Both the position numbers and the translations under genes were made by a program. Under the pieces are notes generated by a model. That model saw nothing but the letters and a program-made list of their open reading frames with translations. It ran no database searches and was not told the origin of the DNA. A DNA stretch of 63,706 bases, filler included, from Choristocarpus tenellus KU-1152 (Eukaryota > Protista > Phaeophyceae): NCBI GenBank assembly GCA_964200185.2. It is 9 parts of 9 records of this genome, joined end to end, with 100 filler letters (N's around TTAATTAATTAA, not from the genome) between each part and the next. Parts side by side here need not be neighbours in the genome. Positions count along the whole stretch, not along the records: positions 36,189 to 39,658 come from CAXNAD020019814.1; positions 39,759 to 42,468 come from CAXNAD020025419.1; positions 42,569 to 49,771 come from CAXNAD020006541.1; positions 49,872 to 63,706 come from CAXNAD020001353.1; 5 more parts are not named here. One strand, written 5' to 3'. Shown here one piece after another: positions 39,458-52,749 of this stretch. How positions within the stretch are numbered: position 1 is the stretch's first letter; each line of letters opens with the position of its first letter.

Positions 39458-39569
39458 CCATGGTTCCTCATTGCTCGTTGTTGATGACTATCTGCTCGGT
39501 AGCTCAGGGGTTTACTAGTGTTTCAACACTCGTAGTCTACGTATTTTTCTTACATGTACGATGCATTCG

Positions 39570-39658
39570 GAGTGAAAGTATCTTAGAGGGTACAAGTTTT
39601 GCCCTGTTTGTCCATTTGGGGCTTGGCTTCCCATGGGGTTTTTGTGATATTTTTCCTA
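39570..39658. mobile_element. MITE family A end, truncated by gap
   Basis: GAGTGAAAGTATCTTAGAGGGTAC... into Ns. Confidence 0.85.
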
Positions 39659-39758
39659 NNNNNNNNNNNNNNNNNNNNNNNNNNNNNNNNNNNNNNNNNN
39701 NNTTAATTAATTAANNNNNNNNNNNNNNNNNNNNNNNNNNNNNNNNNNNNNNNNNNNN

Positions 39759-39837
39759 GTGACGTTTTCTTTTTTTTTTTCTACAGGGCCGCCCGGGGGC
39801 GCCCCCCCCCCCCCCCCCCCCCCAGATACTTCGGGTC
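39759..39837. mobile_element. MITE family B end after gap
   Basis: (C)nAGATACTTCGGGTC. Confidence 0.7.
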
Positions 39838-40206
39838 AGTCCCACCGGAGAGATGTACAGGTAGGGCACAGCATGAGAAGTCTGACAGAAGAGGTTAAGG
39901 ACAGGAAATGAGAGAGGTTTTAAACAAATACTTCATAAAGTTTACAGTGGAGGATAGTTAGCACACACACCCAAGGAGTTCACACTGCTTGAGACCATGA
40001 CAAGGGGAATAGGGGGGAGCACAACAAGAAGCAAGGCATCCAATTGCAGCTTCAACCCTAGTGTTCTGATTCACTCTCAGATCGATCGAAAGGCTTCTAT
40101 AAAATTCCACAAACATCTCCCCCCAAACCATCACTTGGACCAAATCACCTGTCCCAATCATTCCAATCATATTGCACCCCAGTCCATCCCGCAAACAACA
40201 TTAGAC

Positions 40207-42300
40207 TCAAAATTTAATATTAATGCAATCACGACCATCTACAAGAACAATTTCCCTCACATTGGTGACCCTAGAGCAGTCCAGGATGAGGAAGGTAGGA
40301 ATAACACACATATCTCCAATACTGCTGCCCCTAAGCGGCTCCACATCCGCCACTTTAACCTTTTCAACCCTAATCTCCTCATGACCACCCTCACCAACAT
40401 CATTTGATCCACCTTGTTCACCCCCAGTACTTCCTCTTCCCTTATCTGTCTCCATCAAACCTACCCCTCCATGCTCTCTCTTAGCTGTCCCTCCCCCAAC
40501 TACACTCCCTGAAATAGTGAGACTGTTGGACAGTCCTGACGCCACCACACCATCACTATCACGAATCCACTGCCCCCCCCTCTCCACGTTCCCCAAAACC
40601 AGTTCCTGGTTCTCCCAAACCTCTGAGGTACACCTTCGCCTCCCATCTATGAAATCAAGGGAGTAGTGAGAACGCATCTCATGTGCCCCCACATGCCCGG
40701 GAGTAAGGAACGGAGATACTTCTCCATCACCTACCACACCATTATCAAAACTTCGACGATAAGTAGGTCGTGATGAGCAGTAGGGTTCACCTTCCCCCAT
40801 TTCCCTCATTCTGTTGGGAGTAGTGATCCTGATTGCCACTGGGTTGCCACTGGTACCTCCAACACTGGCCCGTAATCGACCATGGGCTGGTGACCATATA
40901 CCTCTCGGGGAAGAATTCCCACTTGAACAGCTTCTACCCCTTGCTCTGTCAGTTTTACGTTTGGGGGGGGGGGGAGTATTTGGTTGGGAGAATCGCGGAA
41001 TGACAGGTTGCTTGAGAGATTTCATTTCAGCAACATGTCATTGTTCATCACAAAAGTTTGGTCATTAGTTTTTCCCTCTTCTTATTGAGTGTGAGAGTAT
41101 ATGATTCAGCTGTTTAAGCAAACACGCTAGTTCTTTAGCAAACATGGGTAAGTTGTTGCTTACTCTACCCAAGAGAAGAGTTGGCAATGATTCCCCACTT
41201 CCCATTGATAATCATATCTATTACACCCTGCAGATGAGTTATACATGCCGGGGAGCGAGTAGATATGAATGAGCACCTTACCTTCACATAATATATTTCA
41301 TTGAATCTTCATTATCAGTCCCTACAAAAAGTATGGCCTGGAACAGCGCTATTCATCCTGCTGTGGTCCTTACCCTTCCCTCAATCGAACCTAACAAGAC
41401 TAAACCCTCGGCCTAGCTCTAACCCAACACAAAATAGTAGCAGTCTTAATGCAGCAGCCTTTCTTAGGAGCCTACATGGTTTTCCACAAAGTATGCAGTA
41501 TCTCTACGCAATTTTTGCTTCAGAGCACTAAGCACTTCTTTTAGGCCCCAAACTTCATCAATCGAAGAGTAGTAACTTGAAAAAAAATAGAAATAATTGT
41601 GAGCAATTAGCCAGTATTAACAGTCTATTACCCTATCAGAAGATGCGTACGACACAGTAACTGGGACTGAGCAGCAAATATGAGGAGCGTCTCACTAAAA
41701 CCAGCATCAAAGCCAAAACAAAAGATTACATTGAGTCCCTTGCCTTTCAGTCAACACTGGGGGGCCTTCTTGTAGACTTCAGGCAGGATGTCCTGAACAA
41801 CGTGTCTGCTGGCATTGTAAAGAATAGTAGAATCCACTACACAACATGCTGTAACTTTGGCACAGCCTAGGCTCGGAGCTTGTAAAAGATGTACGTTCAG
41901 TAATAGACAACAAATAGACTTTGAACCAGCCTATCCCCATCTTGTCTGCTGTATTGCATATGTGGGGATGCATTTGCTTCCAAAAAGGTAAGGTCCATAT
42001 AAAACAGATTTTGAACAAACTACCCTCTCCACGATTAATTTTACTCCTCGAGATAGGGAACATTAATATTCGCACTGAACAGAGTATTATTGCAAGGCTT
42101 GAGTCATTTCCAACTGGTGCAATATTATCTTGGGGAAATATACAGTCATCTCGAATCAATCTCACATCACTTCGAGATGGTTCACGACAACTATGGTCTA
42201 AAAAACGTTCATTTTCTCATGATGAGCTCTAAGACTGAAGTTGGACTCTTCTCATTGACACCATCAATGCATCCCTTGTTTCCTCTTACCACGCCTACTA
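40207..42300 (-). pseudogene. Low-complexity 272-aa ORF preceded by decayed segments weakly resembling a PIP5K catalytic domain
   Basis: Open ORF 41025-40207; upstream FLDHSC...IRDDCIFPQD, GEGSLF, ALKQKLRRDTAYFVENH and GVIDMI appear in PIP5K motif order but with stops. Confidence 0.3.
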
Positions 42301-42421
42301 CTTCGTGAGATACTGCCATGTACATAAATGGGAAAATTGCGCAGAACGGATCGAATATTCTGAGCAACCTTGACTTCTACTGACCTTTTTTTCGATGAGG
42401 TACAGTTGTTGACACCAATAT

Positions 42422-42468
42422 GACCCAAAGTATCTGGGGGGGGAGGGGGGGGGTCTACACCAGGGTGT
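42422..42468. mobile_element. MITE family B end, truncated by gap
   Basis: GACCCAAAGTATCTGGGGGG... into Ns. Confidence 0.8.
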
Positions 42469-42568
42469 NNNNNNNNNNNNNNNNNNNNNNNNNNNNNNNN
42501 NNNNNNNNNNNNTTAATTAATTAANNNNNNNNNNNNNNNNNNNNNNNNNNNNNNNNNNNNNNNNNNNN

Positions 42569-42776
42569 CCCCTGACACATCTGCAAAATGTCGGAGGGCA
42601 TAATAATAAAATATTTTGATAGTGGTGAAGTAACTGATTAGTCGTTTCCACACTTACAATGTCTTACAGTGTTCTTACGTTTAGGATACTTTATTTCTAT
42701 AGGGCTAATATATATAGTTTTGATTGGTTTCCCCCCTGACACATCTACAAAATGTCAGACGTTATAATAATAATAA
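42569..42776 (+). mobile_element. Two adjacent CRE-like LINE 3' tails
   Basis: CCCCTGACACATCTGCAAAATGTCGGAGGGCA(TAA)n and CCCCTGACACATCTACAAAATGTCAGAC..(TAA)n. Confidence 0.75.
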
Positions 42777-43973
42777 AATACTACTATATTTATAAAAGTA
42801 ATGTATTTTGTTTGAAAACAAAAACAAAATTTATAATTAATCGCACATCAAACTATTCATATATTTGATAAGTTCACATGCATACAAAATTTGAAATGGT
42901 AAATCCACATTCCATGTAGAATGAATTACGTCACCAACATACTACAAAATCACAAACCTTGACAAAACCGTTCGGTCTTAGTGTAGCAAGATGCAGTTTC
43001 AAGGTTGAAGTTGAGGGATCTTTGAGGTAGAGAACGTTGCAAACTTAATATCCTATGTGTATTTAAAGTTGGGGATTGACGTATTATTCTCTCGAATATT
43101 TTATTAGATGTATCAATTTGATGAAGTGACGATATTTTCATTACACATCCAATTAACTGATCCTCGTTCCTGGATGTATGCCATGGTGATCATGTTGATG
43201 TAGAGATGTTGAAGTGGATGGTTTTCTAGAATAGGCAAGGCAGTTAAGCGAGAAGGAGAATACAGAAGTCCAACATCCGAATTATTCGTTCACTAGACAT
43301 GTAAGTAGGGGAGGACCTCCCCGTATAGTTAAGTTGGTATTTTGAAGAAATGGAGGATGTAACCGTGAAGTAAACACATTCTTGTAACACCAATACCCCT
43401 CCCCTAGTAAACAGTAGGGAACAACGGCGTTATCAGATTGTTACAGCGGAGGCAATGAAGAACATGTTTGGAGACTGAGTGAGGGAATTTCCAACAACAA
43501 ACAAAGGTGTATCTATATTTCCCCTTACTACAATGAACTTCTATGAACGGTACGATTTGTTAAGTTGTGAGATAGAAGTACCCTAAATCAACCGTTAGTA
43601 TCTCACCACACTTTTCTTTGTGGGAAGAGGTGATCAGTGATTTCAGGTGTTGGTGACTATTTCAAAATATAATATTTCTGTTCTTAGTGACAGTACTTTG
43701 AGATGAGGTCATAAAGAAAACTACTATGTGATATAAATTCAAATAACAGGTAGAGAATATGCAACAGTACTAGTTCCAATATTTTCGTGGAGATTCGACG
43801 CTTGGTATTCCTGTTTATCCCGTCTTGACCTTTTTGGAAGGAAGAGAGAAATGAGAAGCATCAGTCTACTGTGTCGAGGAGGTCATTGGAGGTTTAAGAG
43901 TAGGTAGAGTAGTGGTGCAGTTTTTGTGAGGGGAGTTCTAGTATCATCACCACTGTCCCTTACTGTTGTGCAG

Positions 43974-44845
43974 CATCGTGGACTAAAATGAATAACATGG
44001 GTCGGTGTACGAAGTATGCCGACCCTTTGAAGGAACTTCGTAATTTCTTGGTGGAATCCAAGTGTATCTCAAAAAGGAAAGCATCTTTGGGCTTGTTGGG
44101 TGCTGGGTTGGAGCTTTCAGTGCCCTCGGAGTTAGCGATTGATGCTGTTATGGCGCTTGCGCAAGACACGAACTTGTGGGAGATGGAGTACCCCTTAAGC
44201 CAGATTCGAAATCGAAAAAATGATAAGTCATTGGTGAAGGATCTATCGTTGGACGTCCTACAATCCACATATTTCAGGGCCATTGCCTCTCCTGTGCCTC
44301 TTCTACACCTTGCATATAAGGTCGTCTTTATTTTGTGTGAGATAAGCGCTTGGGACAAGCGCGCACCCAGCATCCTGAAAGTGATGGAGCATTCCAGTGA
44401 CGAAGCCAAGGCTAGAGTCCACCTCGTGAGACACGCTGTACGTGAACGACGAGCTGCCAAAACGAACCTCCCAGTGAAAGTTAGGCCACTTCGCCTTGCG
44501 CCGATACTGGACGCCGTCCTCGAAGACGTGAATACCCTTGTCTGCTGCACAGATGCCAAGAGTTTATTGCTTGCCATGTCCAACATGATCCTATCGGCTC
44601 CTAGAAAGTGCTTGGATGTGGAGGGTTGCGACGAGGTGGCCCTTTCGTCCCTGGTGTACAAGCTGTCTGTGGTCAGCATGCGCTGTGGTTCTTTTGAACA
44701 ACTGATCGCACTTCCTCGATTGTTCCCAACCCTGTCCCCCCCCCCAGCGTCCAAATCATGGGCTAAAACTTCGTGCTGGTGGTCTACCCAGATATTGCGA
44801 GCACGAGCGCTTGAGGCATGTGGACAACTGGGTTCCGCAGAACTG
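43974..44845 (+). CDS. Large exon of an uncharacterised protein (probably alpha-helical)
   Basis: tgtgcag acceptor, 870-nt open frame, CTG|gtgagt donor. Confidence 0.8.
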
Positions 44846-45071
44846 GTGAGTGTTGTTTTTCCCTCTGGAGTTTACCTCACGTAGGTCTACTATGACTTAA
44901 TTCCACGATTCCTTGATAATTCCGGGAGCCTCACTCTAGCGAACCCAGTAGGGAGGTTTTTATCCCGATGTGTTCTCCAGGATGATGTTGAACATGACCC
45001 TGTAGATTGGTTGCTGTGAGATTTTATGTTTCATGTCTGTTGTATTTTCTCGGTTTTTCTCGGTACTCCAG

Positions 45072-47662
45072 AGAGTTCGCTCGCACCTTCATTCTCCTCC
45101 CCCTCATCCCCCTTACTCTTCGCAACTCCCTCCCTAAACGCCCTACGTGCTGCTTTGGTGGTTCTGGGTTTGGGACAGGTGTACCGTAGTTGTGGAGTCC
45201 TTCAAAGGGCAATTGAGCTCGTTAAACTTGAGGCCGAGAAGTTGCCGTTCTTCACATGCGGCCCTCAGCTTCCTCTCCCACCGAAGGCTAGGATCAAATC
45301 CGTGACTAAGGTTCACCTATGCTCCTTCTCGTGCATTCACCGAGCCAACAGTGATACCAAAGATAGTTTGGAGGGCTGGAGCCGAGGAAGTAGAGCTGGA
45401 GGAGGAACGCACCTGGTTGTCCTAATTGAGGCACTATGCCGCAGTGGGCAGGGCAGCAAGGAGAAAGAGAGTGGGAAAGGGAATCGATCTGAGAGCAGGC
45501 CTCAAGTGATACTTCTAACCTGTGATCTATCTGTTGGGCAGGACAAGGGTTGCTGGCAACGCCACGAACTTCCTCCAGAGGCGTCTGCCTGGACAAGTGT
45601 TGCTGTTATCCCCAATTTTTCTGAGAAGGAGTTTGCGGTCTTGCCAGGTGTACTTCCTGACGATAAGATGTCACTGCCTAGAGATTCCCAAGGAAACAAC
45701 CAGGGGGAAGGGGAAAAATCAGAAGATAAGCCTGGAAGAAGTGACAAGAGTGTGGTGGATGCTGGTGATTCATGCCTGCACACAGGTGGTTACAATGCAA
45801 CAGAGTTTGGACAGATGAGTAACAAGTTCCCCCCTACCCCTACTCATTGTCAAAAGGCACCAGCAGTGGTTGGGGGAATGCCATGTGCACTCTCTCTTTG
45901 GGCTTGTCACAAGCAGTCTCTTGTGTGGAGGCGGGTCAGAACCTACAGTAGGAAGGAGGGTGCCCCAAGAGTGGTTGACATTGGCGGAGCACAGGTCACC
46001 CAGATGGCACGCTTTGCTGTTATTGTGCCCCGAGTTGGTGTTACCTGTGGGGAGCATTCAAAGTCAAACCAGGCGATTGGGGGTAGTGAAGGGGATAGCA
46101 GCAACCTCAGCTGTAGCAGTGGGGATGGTACTGGTGGAAGCACCAATGAGAGGGATCAGGTGCTGAATGAGGACAATCCTGAGGAGCAGAGGCAGGTCAA
46201 TGGAGCTAGAGGAGCACCTTTACGAAAGGTATGGAGACAGGCAATTAAGAAAGGAGGCGAGGGATTGTCCTTGAATAGGAATGATGGGTCACTCGAGGAG
46301 ATAAGGCGGGAGGAGGGGAATGAGGGGCGCAGGACAGCACCGACTGCACCGACTGCGCCCACCGGTCATGTTAGGAGTCCAGGGCGTGTGTTCTTACTGG
46401 ACCTTGAAACGTTTGATTTTGCTCGCATTGACCTTCAACCCACTGAAGCTGTGGAGACAGCAGCACATGCCAAAGGAGGAGGAGAGGGATCGTGTTCTAC
46501 ATCCCACCCCTTTGGGGTTGTGGCAATGGGGATTGGGCACAAAGAAGGCATCGTATTTCTGCGGGAAGGGATATCATCTGTCAAACCCTCCAAATCCTTT
46601 ACTTCCACCTCTAACCTTCATGCGTTGTCTACTGTGAGTGTTGACCTCCTACAGCCAGCTCTGGTTGCGCCTTGGGAGAGACGACAGTGGCGCTGGCGGC
46701 TGAAGGTTCCTGTACAAGGGACAGGACCTGCTGCGGCTTCTTTCTCAGCTGTGGAGGCTGAACCTGAGGAAACTCCAGTCCGCAACAAGTCGGTTGGGTG
46801 GTCCAGCTTGGATGGCTGTGCCACAGTTGCCGTGGGGAAGGGCCTAGACACAATTCTGGTCATTGGGGGGCATGGGAAAAGTGTTGATGCCAGTGTGTCA
46901 TGCTCCAGTTCCTGCTCGGCCTCTTCTCCATGCTCCTTGACTTGTGCTGCAGTTGATGGGGGTGTATGGGAGGAGGATGGTATTATCGGTACATGCAGAC
47001 ATGGATGGAATGCTGCAAGAAGTAGTGCAGGAGGCGTAGACGCGTTGTCCCTCCTCAGCAGAGAGTGGCATCGCCCCTACATCCATAACAAGGAGATCCT
47101 GCCCAGGATGGGCCAGGTATCAGCTGCCTGGGACCAACACTCGGACTGTATTTGGATTGTTAACAGCGATCCCACTGGCCAGTGCCTGCGTGTACATTGG
47201 CTGCACCGGGCCTCCAGGACTGCCTCAGCAACTGGAAATTCTGCCTGTATGTCCATGTCCCAAAAGGTCACTGCTGCTGCTGCCGCCAGTGCAGCTGCCG
47301 CCAGTGCAGCTGCAGCTGCATCAGCAGTTGCCATGCCTGGTGATGCAGTGGGATCAAGAGGAATGGAAAGGACTTGGAGTGGACGCAGTGATGATCACAG
47401 GGGAGAGGCGCCAGCAGCAGCACCAAGTGGGGAAGGTGGGGGAGGTAGTAGTCAGGGCCTGGGTGGAAGCAGCGGTGGACCTCCATCCGTGAAGTATGTA
47501 TCTCCATTGCACACTTGCCATACACAGCCCAATACCATGAGGCGAGATAGTGTGGGTGCTTCGGTTTTGTTGGACCAGCCACGGCAGAGAGATTATGGGC
47601 CACAGAAGAGAGTAAGTTGGGGTAAGGTAGAGGTGAAGGCTTCTCTGCTGGGGGTTCAATGA
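45072..47662 (+). CDS. Very large exon of the same gene with Kelch-like motifs and low-complexity inserts
   Basis: 878-codon ORF; TILVIGGHG, WHRPYI...PRMGQVSAAW, GRVFLLDLETFDF resemble degenerate Kelch blades; polyA and Gly/Ser tracts; exact splice sites uncertain. Confidence 0.75.
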
Positions 47663-49471
47663 CCAGGGGCTGAAGCGATGGTAAGTGGAGGTGGAAATAA
47701 TTATATGGGTTGAGAGAACTCTGCTTCAGTAGATGTGTGTTGTATATCACCTTTCATGATGGACCTGGGATTTTGATCAGGCTCCTGGATTATTTCAATA
47801 TCTGTGCAGTTCTTGCAAGGGGAGGGGGTATTCGACCAAGTGGTTACATATATGCCACCAGTTTGTTGGGTCGTATGGATATAGAGCAGCTACCGACATT
47901 ATTATAGATGTTCCCATTGATCCCTTGTACATGTTTCGTTTCAGGAGAGTGATTTTGTTAATGGGGTATCCTCAACTCACGTGTCACTGAAAGATCCCTA
48001 TCTTGATGGTGTAATAGGGATATAGAATTAGGGTGAAATTGTCCACTTATTACCCCAGTATACTGAAGGAGGTTATGGGGCAAAGCGTGGTTTTGGAGTG
48101 TTTAGGGGTACCATACCTAGGAGATATTTTTGTAGTTAAAATAGCTGTCACTCTCTGGCTGAATTATGTACTGTTTATTTCTACTTGTGTTTGTTAAGAA
48201 GGAAACAAAAACATGTTTCTTGATTTTTTATTATTATTGTGAGAAGAGCGTAGGCAGCAGTTCATTATGCGGTGAATTGTTGACTGAATACTCTAAATTG
48301 ATTTATTCATTTTTTATTTTTTATATATTTTTTGTGCGTTGGGGATCCCACCTCCACAGTATGCACAGTATTTGGTGTGTTTTGTGACAGAGAATAGGGC
48401 AACAGCAGATTAGACGCACTCAAGCTCATCCCAAGAGTTGGAATTTATTGGTGTTGTGGGTTTTTATACGCTTGATGTTGTCAGTATCTTGAAAGAACAG
48501 TCTTCTACAATGTAGATGCCGTGGTGTGCATCTTTGTAGAGATATCTAATAATCCAATGCATTGGAACTTTGTCTACTTCAGAATGTTGTGTGCACTATA
48601 CTGACCCTCTCCTCTCAATAACATGTCAAGTGCATGGCGTTGATCCAACCGTGAAGATGATCGCAAATTTGATCCATCATGGTGTCATCTTGTTAAAGTA
48701 TTTTCTATCTCCCATCTAGCTTCTTGCCGGCTTGCAAGAGCTACCAATGATGGAGTCACATCACTGCTCACTTAGGTAACTGCAAGAGTAATGTTCACTG
48801 ACCTGTTTCCACACCCTACCAATTGCAGTTCACCTATTACATATAACTGCTCCCAAGGATCGTTTATTTTGCACGCATACAACGAACTGCACACACACCC
48901 CATGTGGTATATGCAATTTTCCACATACAGTCGTTGCACATGTTGAAAATATGTACCAATAACAGCATTGATGTTGAAATTTTGTTTTGTTGAAAGTGGA
49001 CGAATTCACTTGCCCTGGAGAAGACTTGAATGATCGTCCAGGTGGCTATAATCACTTTCTTCAACCCCATTCCCCAGATAAACAGATCTTCCTCCTTGAA
49101 AAGAATAGTTGATGATAAAGCGATACTACTTAGTTTCTCTGACTACGTTTTTTACACAGGCATAGCAACACTTGATTTTTTGTTTCAACTATCTGCCTTG
49201 CACGCTAACGGTAGGCGTAGTAGAAAATGTGATACATCGAACTCTTTGTGTATGGTTGTCTTAATAAAGATGTCATGATTCACTCTAAAGAAGGCGTTTG
49301 ACTTGACTGACAAACTCATGAACGAAGTGGATGAGATCCTCTGTTGTTGCGTATGAATTTTTTGTTGCTTACATCACGGAGAGTTGGAGAAGAGTGCATT
49401 CAATGAGACGATCAGGTTGGTTTTCACCAACACCTGGAAAACTTCAACATGCACAGGACCAAATACGATAT

Positions 49472-49661
49472 AGTGCACAGGAGATATCCCCTGTCTTCAG
49501 GAGCCCTCACTGGGATTGGGGAACACTTCAACACTCTTTTTCGAGAGCTACCTCCAATTCTAAACCTGACCCTAACCCTAACCCGTGTTTGAAAATAACA
49601 CTGTGAGGGTTCCCCAATGACAGGGGGATCTCTCGAAGGCAGGAGATTTCACCTGTGCACT
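49472..49661. mobile_element. MITE with internal telomere-like repeats
   Basis: TIR AGTGCACAGG...CCTGTGCACT, subterminal inverted segments, internal CCTAACCCTAACCC. Confidence 0.65.
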
Positions 49662-49714
49662 CCAACAATAGTTCTCCGTTTACTTAAGATGAGATGGGCA
49701 GGTTGCTGAGAGAA

Positions 49715-49771
49715 GGCTCAAAGTATCTGGGGGGGGGGTGGCGACTGTCCATTTGGGACCAATTTTTTCAT
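49715..49771. mobile_element. MITE family B end, truncated by gap
   Basis: GGCTCAAAGTATCTGGGGGGG... into Ns. Confidence 0.85.
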
Positions 49772-49871
49772 NNNNNNNNNNNNNNNNNNNNNNNNNNNNN
49801 NNNNNNNNNNNNNNNTTAATTAATTAANNNNNNNNNNNNNNNNNNNNNNNNNNNNNNNNNNNNNNNNNNNN

Positions 49872-50899
49872 GGGTGGGGCCCTTGCTTGAGAACGACCCT
49901 GCCTCAGGGCAACGGTCATCTTCCCCTTATAGTCGGGAATGGTGGGGTCCTCCACAATTTGACACGGCAGACAACGGTTCTGCTATCTTGGGCCCCCCCC
50001 CTCGCCACCCTAAAAGCCCGGGACAGGCTGTCATTACACACCGTCGCAGGGAACGTTGGGCTGAGGCAATGACTGAGAGTGGTTCCGAGTTTGTGGCCAA
50101 CAACCAAAGCTTGAAAGGCAGCTCTTGGTCCGAATTTGCTTCTGAGGCGGGGCCAGCCCAGCCCACAGTCCAACCTCCACAGTCAGGTGGTTCTGGACAC
50201 TCACGAGGACGTAGTTGGGATGAACCCTACCCCCATGATCTCCCCAGTGGTCCTGTGGTGATAACAACTCTTCGACGCCATCGAAGCTTCGATGAATATG
50301 CTACAGAAGACAATGAACAAAAGGAGGAAGGACCCCTGTCTGTAACCGCCAAACCGCGAAATATCAAAGTCTTAGGTGCACTTCATCGAACCATAAGCTG
50401 GGAAGACATTGGGCCCAATTCTTATGATGCAAAAAAGTCTACTGTAAAGGTGGAACCTGTCGTTCATAGCGAGGTTTCTGTTGTGAAGGCTGATATTCCC
50501 GGTGACCTGAGCTTATCATCCGATGATGACGTCGATACTTTGTGTGTGAAGAGCTCTACTCTCAAGGCTGAACCCGCTCTTAGTGGGGAAACGCGTATGG
50601 TCAAGACCGAGATTCCTGGTGACCTGAGTTTATCATCAGACGACGACAGTGATTTCAATGTGAGGGAGTCTACTTTGAAGGTCAGACATGCCGTTGGCGC
50701 AAAGAAGACTGCTGCAAAGTTGGTTGAAGTTCTCATAGACCCGATGTTACCACCAGACAAACACAGTGATCAACTCAACTCGGGAGAGTCTACCGTTAAG
50801 GCTGAACCTAAACCTGCCATTGGTGCAGGCAAGTCTGTTGAAAAGACCGAAGTTCCTATTAACCCGAGACCGGTGCACTATATTGAAGACACAGAGTGA
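49872..50899 (+). CDS. Terminal exon of a disordered protein with ~40-aa internal repeats
   Basis: 341-codon ORF open from the gap; repeats ST(V/L)K(V/A)EP...VK(A/T)(D/E)IPGDLSLSSDDD. Confidence 0.7.
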
Positions 50900-52749
50900 T
50901 ACATCAATATCCCCTTTTTATAGATCTTTTAGTGATGTTTATCCAAGCAGTGAATGCTCACTTCTTTTGTATTCAAGAACAGTGGTTTTGTAGACTCTTG
51001 TGCTTAGTTGGTGAAGGTGCACATTAAAACACTCAACAGTCTGTGTTACATGCATGGACGTGTTCTGTAGACCTTTATGGTGATGTGATCGACCCTTTGC
51101 ACGTTAAGTTAGTATGAAAAATAATATTTTATACATATTCATATATTGAAGTGTGTATGTATAGCATTCCTCAGTCGTATTGGATGGTTGACTTAGCGGT
51201 GACTGGTGATTGCCCATTTTTTTGAGGTTTTGCTTTATCCCATGTGGTGAGGTAAACACAAGGGAATAACGCCTTCTAGAGGAAGGCGTGGGTCATGTAG
51301 GCATTGTGGATATCGATGTTATCCACTTGTAGTTTGTTGCATCATCTCCACGGTAGATCTCAATAGATTCTGATCCTTCTCACACGCACGAAAATCGTGC
51401 TCGGTTGCCCCAATACGTTGAGTTGACATTTTTAGCAAATTTTTTTTCCCCTCTTGTAATGACTCAGTCATTACTGTGTTGTCGAGTTGTGGACATGCAT
51501 GTCACGTGTCTCATTTTTTTGTAACTGGGCGAGATTTGTACAGAGAGACAAGAGGCAGTGAGTGTGTTGCACGTTGTAGGAGATTTATACACTAGTTTTG
51601 GTGCTTTGTATGTCTGGAGTACAGGATAATCCCATGATCTTTCCTATTTTTTATTTCTCCCTGAATTATTGGGAATGAGAATCTATTCAAACCTTGGTGG
51701 TGTTGTTGTGTGGTCTGGTTTGATCATGTGCTGCCTAGTGTGGACTGTAGTGTGTGTTTGCTTGGCTTGAATCAACACAGATGATTACGAAAGGGGTTAT
51801 ATAGCATACACAGCTAGCTACTGTATGTTTAATTCTTATCTGGTTACTCTCAAGTGGTGTGAATCCAGTCTTGAAATGAACCTGTGTGTGTACGAGGGGG
51901 TTGGTCGGATTTTCTACTGCTGCTGCTGCTGCTATGTAACTACTTCATTGAATGAGTAAATTATGATAACGAAGCGTTTTTGTTATGTACAGTAGAAGTA
52001 GTAGTGCTCCATTCAGGAGTAGGGCTGGTGCACGTTTTGTAACCTGAACCACCTGCAGATGGTTAATGCCCGTCATGGGTGGGTGTGGATGTCTTCCTCC
52101 TTGACTGTCAGCTATCGTGGTGATGGTTTTTTCTGCGAGTTGATGTGGGCGATACATGTTTTATTGCTTCACACCTAATTGGTAGTATTTCACACTTTTT
52201 CTAACAAAGTACTTACTAACCTCCTTACGTACTTACACATGAATGGAATAAGGCACTTCAGAGAAGTGAGTGGAAGGTTAGGTCAACGTTGCAGTCCGGT
52301 TTAGGTTTAGAGGTTTATTGTGTATCGTTGATGGGTACAACCTGAGCATGGCAGTAAGTAGTATGTGGAAAAGAAGATTTGCTATTTTTATTATTAATAG
52401 GACAGGAATCTTTTTTTAATGCAGACTCAACTTCGAATCACTAGAATAAGATTTCTAAATTTTGGAATTTGGAAGTTATTTATTCGAGACGAAACAATCC
52501 GCAATTCCTGAAATTTCGAAATAATGTATTTACACAGTTTTTTGTTTGTTAGTATTTTGAGGGGTCCCACATCTGTGATTGAAAAGGAAGTCCACTGCTT
52601 AATTTGCACAAGACCATGACAAAATAAGGCAAAGTAGTGGTAGAAAAGAGGAGAAAGAAACAGAATAGAACCTGAAAAAGAATCATATCACCAAGAAGAA
52701 CTCGACATTCAACAGACAAACTGAGATGGTGGGTGCTGGTGACTTGAGC

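Noticed and set aside
43960-44754. 264-aa minus-strand ORF
   Set aside because: Antisense shadow of the splice-bounded plus-strand exon; no motifs
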